Sequence record: NC_070998.1
Length of the DNA stretch: 64,000 nt
Direction: 5' to 3' (one strand)
Below, piece after piece: positions 48,818-57,791 of the stretch (the first letter of the stretch is position 1; every line of letters begins with the position of its first letter). The notes beneath the pieces are model-generated. The model was not told the DNA's origin and searched no databases. It saw nothing but the letters and a program-made list of their open reading frames with translations. A program made the position numbers and the translations under genes.

Positions 48818-49369
48818 ATGCAAGTTAAATTGGGATTGAAAGAGACCAACGTCTATTTCCTAAGGGAACAAGACCTTGATCTTTTGAATGCAAACAAGCT
48901 TCGTCTTGTTGATCTGCCTTATCTACCTAAATTTGATAATGTGGTTGACAGTGACTGCCTGGACTGGTTGGAATACCAACGAGCTGTGGAAAAGCAATAC
49001 TGTGGTTTTAAGAATACAACTTATACACCTCTTGGTGATATTAAAAATGTTGAGTTTAACCGGACAGGTACGGTTTATAAAACAAAGTATCAAGATGTTC
49101 TAAATTCCGACAAGAAGGTTAAAACAGGAAAGCATTTTTACTTCCACACAGCTGGTGGTCAGGTATTCATCCTCAATAGTAATAATATTGTGAAGAACGC
49201 CTTGTTCACTGAAGTACCGGGAGATCTATCTACCGCTGTTTATCGTTCCCTGCTAAATGCGGTGGGTTCTGTAGAGTTTTATTTCCGTGACTCTAAGGAA
49301 TTATTCAAAACTTGCGAAGAACGTGGTTTCATTGATCCTGGTTTTATTCTGTCCAAAGTAGTTGCGTAA
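48818..49369 (+). CDS. Conserved protein between dnaB and capsid (phiKZ gp119-like)
   Basis: TAGGT SD; synteny. Confidence 0.75.
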   Translation: MQVKLGLKETNVYFLREQDLDLLNANKLRLVDLPYLPKFDNVVDSDCLDWLEYQRAVEKQYCGFKNTTYTPLGDIKNVEFNRTGTVYKTKYQDVLNSDKKVKTGKHFYFHTAGGQVFILNSNNIVKNALFTEVPGDLSTAVYRSLLNAVGSVEFYFRDSKELFKTCEERGFIDPGFILSKVVA

Positions 49370-49405
49370 TGCTTTGTGATTAATAAGGATGGTTATACGT
49401 TTAAT

Positions 49406-49415
49406 GAATGTTATG
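49406..49415 (+). promoter_or_regulatory. Putative late promoter GAATGTTATG
   Basis: 80 nt upstream of the capsid ATG; identical to 23611-23620. Confidence 0.55.
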
Positions 49416-49432
49416 CGTAAAACTCACTCCTG

Positions 49433-49472
49433 TTGCGCAAACAAATATATTTGTTTTCGATATCGACATGTC
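49433..49472. repeat. Chain of four abutting perfect palindromes in the capsid leader
   Basis: TTGCGCAA, AAACAAATATATTTGTTT, TCGATATCGA, GACATGTC. Confidence 0.8.
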
Positions 49473-49495
49473 TTTTTAAATGGGAATTTCTCTTT

Positions 49496-51670
49496 ATGAC
49501 TATCCAATTTTCCGTGAAGGGTGCTGGTAACAAAGGCGCTCACCTGAAGAACGTAATGGCTAACCTCCAGGCCGTGCAATTCAAAGAAGGTAATGTCTGG
49601 GCTGGTATTACTGGTAACGAATCTCTGAACGCTGTTGAATCCACCATCAATGCCGGTATCGGTTTTAACCAGAAGAATGCCATTGCTTCCGCAATCGAAT
49701 CTTTCAATGATCAGAAATTTGCCGATCGTGCCTCCAAGCTGGCAGAAATGGTTAAAGTCGGCGGTATGGAATCCTTCTCTGCTTCTATGGAAGCTGGTAA
49801 GATCAACCGTCACAAAGCTGCTACTCTGGAACTGAACGCTCGTGGTAACCGTCAGTGGGATGCTGCTGAAGAACTGTTCAAAACTGTAACCATTGGTTAC
49901 GGTGACGAAGTTCTGTCCCTGCCGATCGATGTAGCAGGTGTTGGTGCTTATAACGTTTCTGGTAATGTTAACGAGTCTTTCGAAGACCTGCGCCCGATCG
50001 CCTCCGTTCTGGCTGACGAGAAGTTCTCTTCTGGCGATGACCTGAAACTGGTTCCGGTATATCCTGCTGACGCTGGTAACCCGAACCGCGCAGCTTTCGT
50101 TGCCGAAGCTGACTGGACTCCGTGGGATGAAGCTTATGAAGCCAACGATCTGCTGGGTCGTGAAGCTCACAAGACCAACTATCTGGCAATCCGTAAAGCT
50201 AACAACCTGATGAGCCTGTGCCAAGCTCCTGGTGCTCCGCGTTTTGAACAGAACGATGAAATCGAAGCAGGCTCTATCCGTCTGAACAGCTTCCTGCTGA
50301 AGATCAAGACCAAAGATGGTGAGGGTTTTGCTACCCTGGACACTTCTACCATGTCCTCCACCGCCATGCGTCCTGGTACCGGTCTGACTTCTGATGAGAA
50401 GCGTCAAATCGCTTTCGTTATCAACGGTATCGACGTTGCTAACCTGAAGACCAGTGCTGGTGCTCCTACTCAGCTGTTCAAGACTCTGACCGATGCAGGT
50501 CTGCAAGTATTTGTACAGTTTGAATACTCCGCTACTTACCAGCGTTCTACCCGTGCTCTGTCCCCGACCGTATCTCCTGTCACCATTGCTTATGTAATGA
50601 AGAACGGTGAGAAGCTGGTTCCGGGTACCGCCGGTATGCCTGCCGATATTCAGGCTCTGATTACTGCTCAAGTTACCGAAGCTTCTGTTCACGGTGTTGT
50701 TCTGAAAATGAACCACAACAACGTAAACCAAAGCCGTTACGGTACCACCGTTGTATTTGCAAACACCATCAAGAACTACGGTGTACGTCGCCGTAATCCG
50801 ATCTCTGTTAAGTACCCGATGCAAGGTGATGACACCAACGCTGACGTACTGGCTCAGCTGATCAAGCAAATGGACGTACTGGTAACTCGTGAAATGTCTC
50901 ATGACGCATTCCGTGCGGCCCATGGTCACTTCGCATACCTGTATGACAACAACGGTCAGCAGATGGTTAACATCAACGATGATAGCTCCTCTGTTCTGCC
51001 GGGTCAACACTTCCTGAACACCACCGCTGTTCACAGCAAGTTCAAACTGCTGGAAGAAGTCTCCACTCTTGATTCCAAAGACGCTCTGGATAACATCCGT
51101 GCCGTTATGGTCAACAAGATCTATGACATCATCACCGCTCTGCGTGTCAACTCCAACGTTGCCGCACTGAAAGAGCTGGATGGTCGCGCTGAAGAGTATC
51201 GTGTAATTGCACACTCTGCTGTAGCTCCGTTCCTGATGAACTCTGGTGACTATCGTACCTTTGGTAACAACGTCAAGTTTGAAGTTGTTGAAACCAACAT
51301 CAACTCTGAGAAGGGTCTGCTGTGGGTTGTACCGAAGTCCAACACCAAAGATGACGAAATCGACATCTACGGCGGTATGGGGATCTGTGTAACCAAAGAA
51401 CTGCTGGTTATCGAAGGTGCAGTAACTCAGGCTGATCGTCAGTACCGTATGCTGATCACCCAACCTGCTTACCAACACCACGCTCTGAGTTGTGTTTGTG
51501 GTCTGGGCGAAATCGAAGATATCGACCTGCTGCTGAGCGACGAAGGTCTGATCGGTGCTGTTAACAAGCACATGGTACAAGTCAGTGGTTCCACCAATCC
51601 TGCCGGTGTGCAAACTGTTTCCGTGAATAACTGGCCAACCAGCTATCCCGAAACTGTACAAGTACCGTAA
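49496..51670 (+). CDS. Major capsid protein precursor (phiKZ gp120-like), 724 aa from ATG 49496
   Basis: Strongest codon bias in the window; propeptide with GNES, AVES, AIES, GMES; size and dnaB-gp119-MCP synteny; strong terminator. Confidence 0.9.
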   Translation: MTIQFSVKGAGNKGAHLKNVMANLQAVQFKEGNVWAGITGNESLNAVESTINAGIGFNQKNAIASAIESFNDQKFADRASKLAEMVKVGGMESFSASMEAGKINRHKAATLELNARGNRQWDAAEELFKTVTIGYGDEVLSLPIDVAGVGAYNVSGNVNESFEDLRPIASVLADEKFSSGDDLKLVPVYPADAGNPNRAAFVAEADWTPWDEAYEANDLLGREAHKTNYLAIRKANNLMSLCQAPGAPRFEQNDEIEAGSIRLNSFLLKIKTKDGEGFATLDTSTMSSTAMRPGTGLTSDEKRQIAFVINGIDVANLKTSAGAPTQLFKTLTDAGLQVFVQFEYSATYQRSTRALSPTVSPVTIAYVMKNGEKLVPGTAGMPADIQALITAQVTEASVHGVVLKMNHNNVNQSRYGTTVVFANTIKNYGVRRRNPISVKYPMQGDDTNADVLAQLIKQMDVLVTREMSHDAFRAAHGHFAYLYDNNGQQMVNINDDSSSVLPGQHFLNTTAVHSKFKLLEEVSTLDSKDALDNIRAVMVNKIYDIITALRVNSNVAALKELDGRAEEYRVIAHSAVAPFLMNSGDYRTFGNNVKFEVVETNINSEKGLLWVVPKSNTKDDEIDIYGGMGICVTKELLVIEGAVTQADRQYRMLITQPAYQHHALSCVCGLGEIEDIDLLLSDEGLIGAVNKHMVQVSGSTNPAGVQTVSVNNWPTSYPETVQVP

Positions 51671-51710
51671 TAACTACGCAAAGTAGTTAAGTTGTTAATA
51701 CGCTAACTAA

Positions 51711-51743
51711 AACTCCTACTCTCCTTTTGGGAGAGTAGGAGTT
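51711..51743 (+). terminator. Intrinsic terminator after the capsid gene
   Basis: AACTCCTACTCTCC-TTTTG-GGAGAGTAGGAGTT then ATTTTTT. Confidence 0.9.
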
Positions 51744-51770
51744 ATTTTTTGTCTTATGTTTTTCTCTGTT

Positions 51771-51804
51771 CTATATTTTTTCAGATAGATATTATTAAGT
51801 TGTA
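51771..51804 (+). promoter_or_regulatory. Putative early promoter
   Basis: CTATATTTTTTCAGATAGATATTATTAAGTTGTA; precedes the operon carrying nvRNAP beta-N. Confidence 0.7.
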
Positions 51805-51851
51805 ATGTCAGGGAGGTTTATTTCTGATGTATTAATAGTAGAGAAAATAAG

Positions 51852-52880
51852 ATGAACAATTCACGAGTACATAAAAACTCTGAATTTGGATTTCGTTCTC
51901 TTATTGAGAACAATACTTTCGAAGATCTTTATTTGATCCACAGATCTGGCGTGAAAACAATTCTTCCAGCCAAGACCAGTGAAACATTGAATAGAGATCC
52001 ATTCATGGTTAATCAATTGATTATCTATGGGGAAGTTGGGGTACCTGATTGTGTATTAACAGAAATTATTGACACCAAAACAGGTGAAAGTCCATTTCTG
52101 TTGGAACAACTGGGTAATCATCTATCCGAATTCAAACAAGAACATCCTTATTGCCAACATTGGGCGACACCTTGGGATCGCTCTTTCCATACTTGTCACG
52201 ATATTAACAAAAACTATTTTGTTAGTGAATCACTGGGAGTATTAGTTTGTAAAGTTCCAGAGCTAGATAACGTTTTAGCTAAATCGGGTTTCCTTCCCAT
52301 GTACGCACTTCATAAAGAGATGCCAGAACCTAAGTTAGGTGATGACATGTCTATTGAGGACCGTAACTTTAGCAATAGTGATATTCTTCACGCAACAGCC
52401 GTAGTAATTGACAAGCGTAATAAAATAGGTACTCTCTGGACTACTGTGTTCGGACAGACTTATGAGTTACCAGTCATCACCAACTCCCAATTGGAAGATG
52501 GTGTATATTTGAAATCAGGTAGCACTGGCAACGGTCCTTTTGAGTTTATTGCTTATAACTCTACTGATTTTGATAAGTTGATTCGTGAACGCAATATCCA
52601 TCGTAAACGTGATGACGCAATCTTTGATCCGAGTAATAAAGAACTGGCAGCTAAGTTAACTGAACTCAGTAAACTAAAAGCTGAACATAAGAAAGTAAAA
52701 CTCGAATTACAAGAGCTGATAATTGAGCACAAGAGAGTCAAGGAGAAACATAAAGACGAGTTTGATACTTTAAAAGGTAACAGGCTCAATAATACTATAC
52801 TGGATTGGTTTAGAGCAATCATGGGTCCGTTTGGAGGGGATATCAAACGACTTATAGGTGGTTTATTCACGTTTGCTTAG
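51852..52880 (+). CDS. Conserved protein with C-terminal coiled coil and amphipathic tail, 342 aa
   Basis: KELAAKLTELSKLKAEHKKVKLELQELI heptads; ILDWFRAIMGPFGGDIKRLIGGLFTFA tail. Confidence 0.8.
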   Translation: MNNSRVHKNSEFGFRSLIENNTFEDLYLIHRSGVKTILPAKTSETLNRDPFMVNQLIIYGEVGVPDCVLTEIIDTKTGESPFLLEQLGNHLSEFKQEHPYCQHWATPWDRSFHTCHDINKNYFVSESLGVLVCKVPELDNVLAKSGFLPMYALHKEMPEPKLGDDMSIEDRNFSNSDILHATAVVIDKRNKIGTLWTTVFGQTYELPVITNSQLEDGVYLKSGSTGNGPFEFIAYNSTDFDKLIRERNIHRKRDDAIFDPSNKELAAKLTELSKLKAEHKKVKLELQELIIEHKRVKEKHKDEFDTLKGNRLNNTILDWFRAIMGPFGGDIKRLIGGLFTFA

Positions 52881-52938
52881 TTGATAAACTAACTAGTATC
52901 GGATATAACGAGTACGACTAACATACAAAGGAGAAGCA

Positions 52939-54639
52939 ATGGATCCGCAGTTGCTAAGAAAGATCTCCAAGACCAGAGAACCGTTTACACCGGAACTGGT
53001 TGAAGGATGGCACGAAAAAGATTTGAACAAGAGTGTCACGTATCTTGAAAACTGTTTTAGAAATATGTTTAGATCGTTAGAAGAAAAAGGATATGTTTTC
53101 GACGGGATAGAAAAAGTTCCTCCTCTAGAGTTTTATAATGCAATCACCAAACCAGGTAACGGAACTAGTTCCGGAACAAAGGAGTTTGAAATTGCTAAGA
53201 ACTCTTTTTATGGTGTGCGTGTAAAACACCACTTCAAAGACCCTGTAACAGGTGTATGCCAAGAACTCAAAGAACCTTTGATGTTTCTACCGTACACTAA
53301 TCGACATGGAGATATTTATACTCGTAACTCACTGTATGGATTACAGTATGTGTTATCAGAACGAGGACCTTCTGTAGACGGTGGTAAAGATAAAACCATC
53401 TTTATTCGCGTAACGGGATACAAGTTCAAAGTAACCAAGGAATTGCATACCTTTAACAGGGTGTATAAAGTAGGTGAGAACACTATCACCAATGCAATGA
53501 ACATGACGCTCCCCGCAAACCGCTTTTATCAAGCGCGCAAGGATCGTCGTATTACCAACACTAAGATTCCCATTCCTTTGTTGAGTTGGTATCTGTTTGG
53601 TAAGTATGGTTTCTCTCAATGCATGGAAGAGTACGGTGAATGCGAGTATCGTCTAGATACCGTTGACACTTTGCTTGAACATTATAAAGAGAAAGATGGT
53701 TGGGAGATTTATAGCAATACAGGTGCGATTCACCCAAAGGCTTTTGACAGACCAGTTGGTATGCCTTTGATGGATGATCCTGCAATTGCTATTCGTAGTA
53801 AAAATAAAGACGGGCAGGTTAGTAACCTAGCACTACAATATACTGCTGGCTTGCTATACATGTTCGGAGTATTCAACCATGATCTTGATATTACCAAATT
53901 GGATGATATCAACTATTGGCGTTTAATCATCGGTCGTTGTTCTATTAAATTAGCGCAGCGGACCGAAGATGAAGTTTATCTGAAACAGATGAATGAACAT
54001 TTCCTGTCTGTTGAAGAGTACGCTGATGATCTTACCATTGACAAGTACAACAAGTTCGATATTGAAGTAAAGAACACGTATGACTTGCTCAATTATCTCA
54101 TGTTGAATTACTCTAACCTGATTAAGTTGTACGATCCAGCTGACATGCTCCACAAGGAACTCTCCTCTATGGAATTCCTAATGGATTACATGATCAACCA
54201 AGCCAACAACTTTAAGTTCCAAATCAGGAATAAAGCAGTTATCATTCCAAAGATCATTAATCGCGAAATTGATACGTTCTTCCGTCTGTTTAACATAGAC
54301 AAGAGTGTTCGTGACAATAATGTCTGCTTGGAACAAACCGGAACGGATAATCCGTTTATTGATTATGGGTTGGGTATGATTCTTCAAACCAAGGCTAATG
54401 TTGGAAAAGGTCCTGGTAGAAAGAAAGAAGACTTCGATCCTAATCATCCGGGATCCAAGATTCATGCATCACAACCATTTGTCTGTAGTTATCAATTTAC
54501 AACCAAACCGAATCCAGATGGACGAGGACTACTACAACCACGAGTAAGATTGGTTGCTGGTAGATTCGTAGCACTCCATCCGGAAGATCGTCAGTTGTAT
54601 GAAGCAACGAATCATCGCCTCAAGTTTAGAGAGCGCTAA
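52939..54639 (+). CDS. rpoB: Non-virion RNA polymerase beta subunit, N-terminal part (phiKZ gp123-like)
   Basis: LPYTNRHGDIYTRNSLYGLQYVLSERGP corresponds to beta PLMT..GTFIINGxERVIVSQL.RSP; C-terminal TTKPNPDGRGLL fork-loop region; synteny. Confidence 0.85.
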   Translation: MDPQLLRKISKTREPFTPELVEGWHEKDLNKSVTYLENCFRNMFRSLEEKGYVFDGIEKVPPLEFYNAITKPGNGTSSGTKEFEIAKNSFYGVRVKHHFKDPVTGVCQELKEPLMFLPYTNRHGDIYTRNSLYGLQYVLSERGPSVDGGKDKTIFIRVTGYKFKVTKELHTFNRVYKVGENTITNAMNMTLPANRFYQARKDRRITNTKIPIPLLSWYLFGKYGFSQCMEEYGECEYRLDTVDTLLEHYKEKDGWEIYSNTGAIHPKAFDRPVGMPLMDDPAIAIRSKNKDGQVSNLALQYTAGLLYMFGVFNHDLDITKLDDINYWRLIIGRCSIKLAQRTEDEVYLKQMNEHFLSVEEYADDLTIDKYNKFDIEVKNTYDLLNYLMLNYSNLIKLYDPADMLHKELSSMEFLMDYMINQANNFKFQIRNKAVIIPKIINREIDTFFRLFNIDKSVRDNNVCLEQTGTDNPFIDYGLGMILQTKANVGKGPGRKKEDFDPNHPGSKIHASQPFVCSYQFTTKPNPDGRGLLQPRVRLVAGRFVALHPEDRQLYEATNHRLKFRER

Positions 54640-54658
54640 CGCATAAGGTGGTATTACA

Positions 54659-57073
54659 ATGAACGGCGGAACACTTCTAGGTCGTAATAACCAGATGTTT
54701 AATAACAATAATGTTAACCAACTGCAAGCGAACCAACAGCAGCAACCCCAAGGTAATATGAACCAAGGTAATCAGTTGCTCGGTCAATTGATCCAGTTGT
54801 CAAAGGGTGGTGCTAATCTTAATCAACAAGGTGGCGGTTCTAGCAGTCTGTACAACTTTAATAATGGTAGTGATCCGTCTTTTAACCAGTTCCTTGATCT
54901 TAGCGATGCTCAAAGTAACGAGATCCTTAAGGGACAATCATTAGCCGAGGCAAGTCAACTTGCTGGGGTGGTTTTGCAACATGGATTTAGACGTATTCAA
55001 GGTCCGTATTACAATGCCATTCGTCAAGGTATGGAATTGTTCCGTCGATTGGATCGTAATGCTCCACATTTGGTTGATGATACTAGTGAGCTGTTTTATA
55101 ACCAGATCATGAGTAACAACAACTTGTACAATCATATTGTTGCTAATAGCTGTTTGCAGCTTTCTGCTCTTGCTGCTATGCGACTAATGAATGGTGAGAA
55201 CATTCGTGGGAACGCCAATGTGATTACCGAGATGATTGTGGATGCTGTTGGCGCAACCTGTGGTCTACAGTTACTGGATTGGATTTGTAAGAACCCTAAT
55301 GGTTCTACTATCTTCCATAACTCCAGTCAGAACTTTAAAGCCCTCCTTCGTCGTATAGAGAGCTGCTGGGATAGTATCAAAGCTCGATACGATTTCATCC
55401 CTGGTTCTGTAATCCCCTGGGAGCGTGGACAGTTGACAGCTACGATGCGTAAAAGTGATCTCCCTAATTACATGTTGGATGCAAGGATGGGGGTAAACTT
55501 TGAAGGTTTGATCGGTAACAGTTATCAAGCTGTACAAGATCTCACGCCTTCTCATCATACTGTTCAAGATCATAATCAGGGTATTGATCCAGCTGGTTAT
55601 CAATTGATGATGGATTACTTCAATCGTACCAAGTGTTCAGTTGAAGACGGGACGTACCCAACAGCTCCTAGTAAGGAAGAACGAGTTCAGCGACGTCAAG
55701 ATTATCATAACGTTAATGATTTTGACCGCGAAGTTAAATCCACTAAGTACTTTACTATGGATACTCGTTTTGATTACCACTTTGACGACTATTTCGTTCA
55801 GATTGGTGATACTGGCTGGTACGCTGCTGAGAACCAGGTCATGATTGATATCATGTCTAAGTTCACCAACGTTAACACTGGTAAGAAATTTGTTAAATCT
55901 GAAGTGTTCTATCTTAACCTTGAATGGGTTTCACTGTGCCGTTTTGATGTAGCTAACGGAACTGCCGAAATCAAATTCTTACGTATCCCAGGAGAAGATG
56001 CATTGAGATTCGCTCTTACAGACCCGAATCGTGTTCTTCCATTTATGTGGGAACACAATGGAGAAGTTGTTTCCTCGTTTGTTGCTAATCCGGCAGAAAC
56101 CAATGACTTTGTTCGTGATAATAAAGTTATTAGTCTGGGTGAAATGCAACCTCTGGAGAAAGAACCGAACATCCTGTCTTCCAGCAATGTAGTTAAAGTA
56201 AACTCTGAAAGTGAAGCGTTTGCTAAAGTAGATGCTTCTCTGAAGACGTTTGATAAACAAAATCATCTTGATGCGTTCATTATGGCAACTGAACTAAACG
56301 CACCTTTCACATTTGAAGAAGGAGTTGAATCAAAGAAATTCTACGAAATATTTAACACTTTGGTTATTGGAGAGGAATTGGATTACTCTAATAGCTATGA
56401 CATGTTCAAGTCTCTGGAACGTAAAGTTAAACAGTTTGGTTCTGCTATGTTTGAACATTTCCTACGTACTCAACTTACCAACTTGGTTAACCGTTGGTTG
56501 AGTGAATGTCGTGGGTTCCCAGCAGAGAACGATGGCGTTAACTTCTTTGTTAAACTTGATGATCTGTTTGATGATCTAGATGCCTTCTGTGAACTGTTGA
56601 AGAATAAGGATCATGAGTCACTCCGTGCTTTCCTTAATCTAGCCGATAATGAATTCCTGAAGAGTAATTTGCAATTTATCAAACCAGCAAAGGAAACTGA
56701 AGAAGAACTGTTTAAGAATGTAGATAAAGATGATCCGGTAGCAGTAGCCGTAGCTACTAATGAGTTTGCTCAGTCGGTCGTACTCAAACGTCAAGTTATG
56801 ATTACTCAACTGAGAAAAGAAATTGGTCCCGTAAGTAACGATAAAGTAACTTTGATGGAATCACTTTCACCAGCAGTATTTGTCATTGTGAAAGAAGCAC
56901 GTAAACGTTCAGAGTTGTTGTTTGGACGTCAAGTTCCTGTGTTACTGGAATTTGAAACTCCAAGTGGTAATCATACACGTTCTGCTACGTACTGTGATTT
57001 TGATCAATCTGTTATGAACATCTCAGCACTGAAAGGTCTGGGTGAACTTATCTTACTTCGTACTGTAGATTAA
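54659..57073 (+). CDS. Large conserved protein, 804 aa, with Q/N/G-rich N-terminus
   Basis: AAGGTGG SD; co-oriented directly after nvRNAP beta-N. Confidence 0.85.
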   Translation: MNGGTLLGRNNQMFNNNNVNQLQANQQQQPQGNMNQGNQLLGQLIQLSKGGANLNQQGGGSSSLYNFNNGSDPSFNQFLDLSDAQSNEILKGQSLAEASQLAGVVLQHGFRRIQGPYYNAIRQGMELFRRLDRNAPHLVDDTSELFYNQIMSNNNLYNHIVANSCLQLSALAAMRLMNGENIRGNANVITEMIVDAVGATCGLQLLDWICKNPNGSTIFHNSSQNFKALLRRIESCWDSIKARYDFIPGSVIPWERGQLTATMRKSDLPNYMLDARMGVNFEGLIGNSYQAVQDLTPSHHTVQDHNQGIDPAGYQLMMDYFNRTKCSVEDGTYPTAPSKEERVQRRQDYHNVNDFDREVKSTKYFTMDTRFDYHFDDYFVQIGDTGWYAAENQVMIDIMSKFTNVNTGKKFVKSEVFYLNLEWVSLCRFDVANGTAEIKFLRIPGEDALRFALTDPNRVLPFMWEHNGEVVSSFVANPAETNDFVRDNKVISLGEMQPLEKEPNILSSSNVVKVNSESEAFAKVDASLKTFDKQNHLDAFIMATELNAPFTFEEGVESKKFYEIFNTLVIGEELDYSNSYDMFKSLERKVKQFGSAMFEHFLRTQLTNLVNRWLSECRGFPAENDGVNFFVKLDDLFDDLDAFCELLKNKDHESLRAFLNLADNEFLKSNLQFIKPAKETEEELFKNVDKDDPVAVAVATNEFAQSVVLKRQVMITQLRKEIGPVSNDKVTLMESLSPAVFVIVKEARKRSELLFGRQVPVLLEFETPSGNHTRSATYCDFDQSVMNISALKGLGELILLRTVD

Positions 57074-57099
57074 AGAGTTATTCGCGAATAAATCTAAAG

Positions 57100-57127
57100 C
57101 CTATACCTGGATCACTCCAGGTATAGG
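57100..57127 (+). terminator. Intrinsic terminator
   Basis: CCTATACCTGGA-TCAC-TCCAGGTATAGG then TCTATTT. Confidence 0.8.
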
Positions 57128-57235
57128 TCTATTTCGTCGTGTAATTCTTTTTAAGCAATTGTTTATGTTGATCTAACAGAATGTATGGGTTACTTGTTAC
57201 TGTTGTTTAGAAAGCGTTATATAAGCTTTGGTAAT

Positions 57236-57285
57236 ATTTAAGATCCATAGATTTTCAAACCTATATTACTAGAGTGTATAAACAT
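57236..57285 (+). repeat. 50-bp promoter-containing repeat, copy 2
   Basis: ATTTAAGATCCATAGATTTTCAAACCTATATTACTAGAGTGTATAAACAT; one mismatch to 18443-18492. Confidence 0.95.
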
Positions 57286-57341
57286 GACAAGTGTTTATAA
57301 TATTCACATATTTTCCACAAGTCTAGATAAGGAATACAATC

Positions 57342-57785
57342 ATGAACAACTCCGCTCTGAACCTGAACTCTGACATGAACCAACCAGCACCTAGTGTTTC
57401 CACTGACACCTCCAATCTCAGTCCGAACAAATGGATCGTTGCCGGCGTAGCTATCTCTGCTGCTCTGGCTGTTAACCTGACCGACCAAGTTAAAGAAGAT
57501 CGTTTCGATCTGATCAGCAATGTCGCGACCATGACCGCTGCAACCTTGGCCGGTGGTGTGTCCTACAAAGTAGCTAGTGACGTTGAAGGGGTACCTACTT
57601 CACTGTGCAGCGTCCTGGGTGGGTCTATCGGCGTCCTGTCTGCGGCAGTTGTCAACCCTACCGTAATGGCCCTGGGAAACAAGGTCAAGAACGGGTTTGG
57701 TAGCAAAGCAGAGGAACAGTTCGATATCGTGATCGTTGATAACGAGACTCTGGAAGAACACCTGGAACAGAAAGAAACCGCATAA
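57342..57785 (+). CDS. Ala/Gly/Val-rich hydrophobic, probably membrane, protein, 147 aa
   Basis: AAGGAAT SD; WIVAGVAISAALAV, TAATLAGGV and SVLGGSIGVLSAAVV segments; GC-rich codons. Confidence 0.85.
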   Translation: MNNSALNLNSDMNQPAPSVSTDTSNLSPNKWIVAGVAISAALAVNLTDQVKEDRFDLISNVATMTAATLAGGVSYKVASDVEGVPTSLCSVLGGSIGVLSAAVVNPTVMALGNKVKNGFGSKAEEQFDIVIVDNETLEEHLEQKETA

Positions 57786-57791
57786 TAAGTA

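Noticed and set aside
49433-49495. 21-aa N-terminal extension of the capsid protein from the TTG at 49433
   Set aside because: Translates the palindromic leader and lacks the capsid codon bias; ATG 49496 is more plausible.
49424-51661. 745-aa antisense ORF spanning the capsid gene
   Set aside because: In-register shadow: the highly biased capsid gene avoids TTA, CTA and TCA codons, which removes antisense stops; the translation has no protein-like motifs and no SD.
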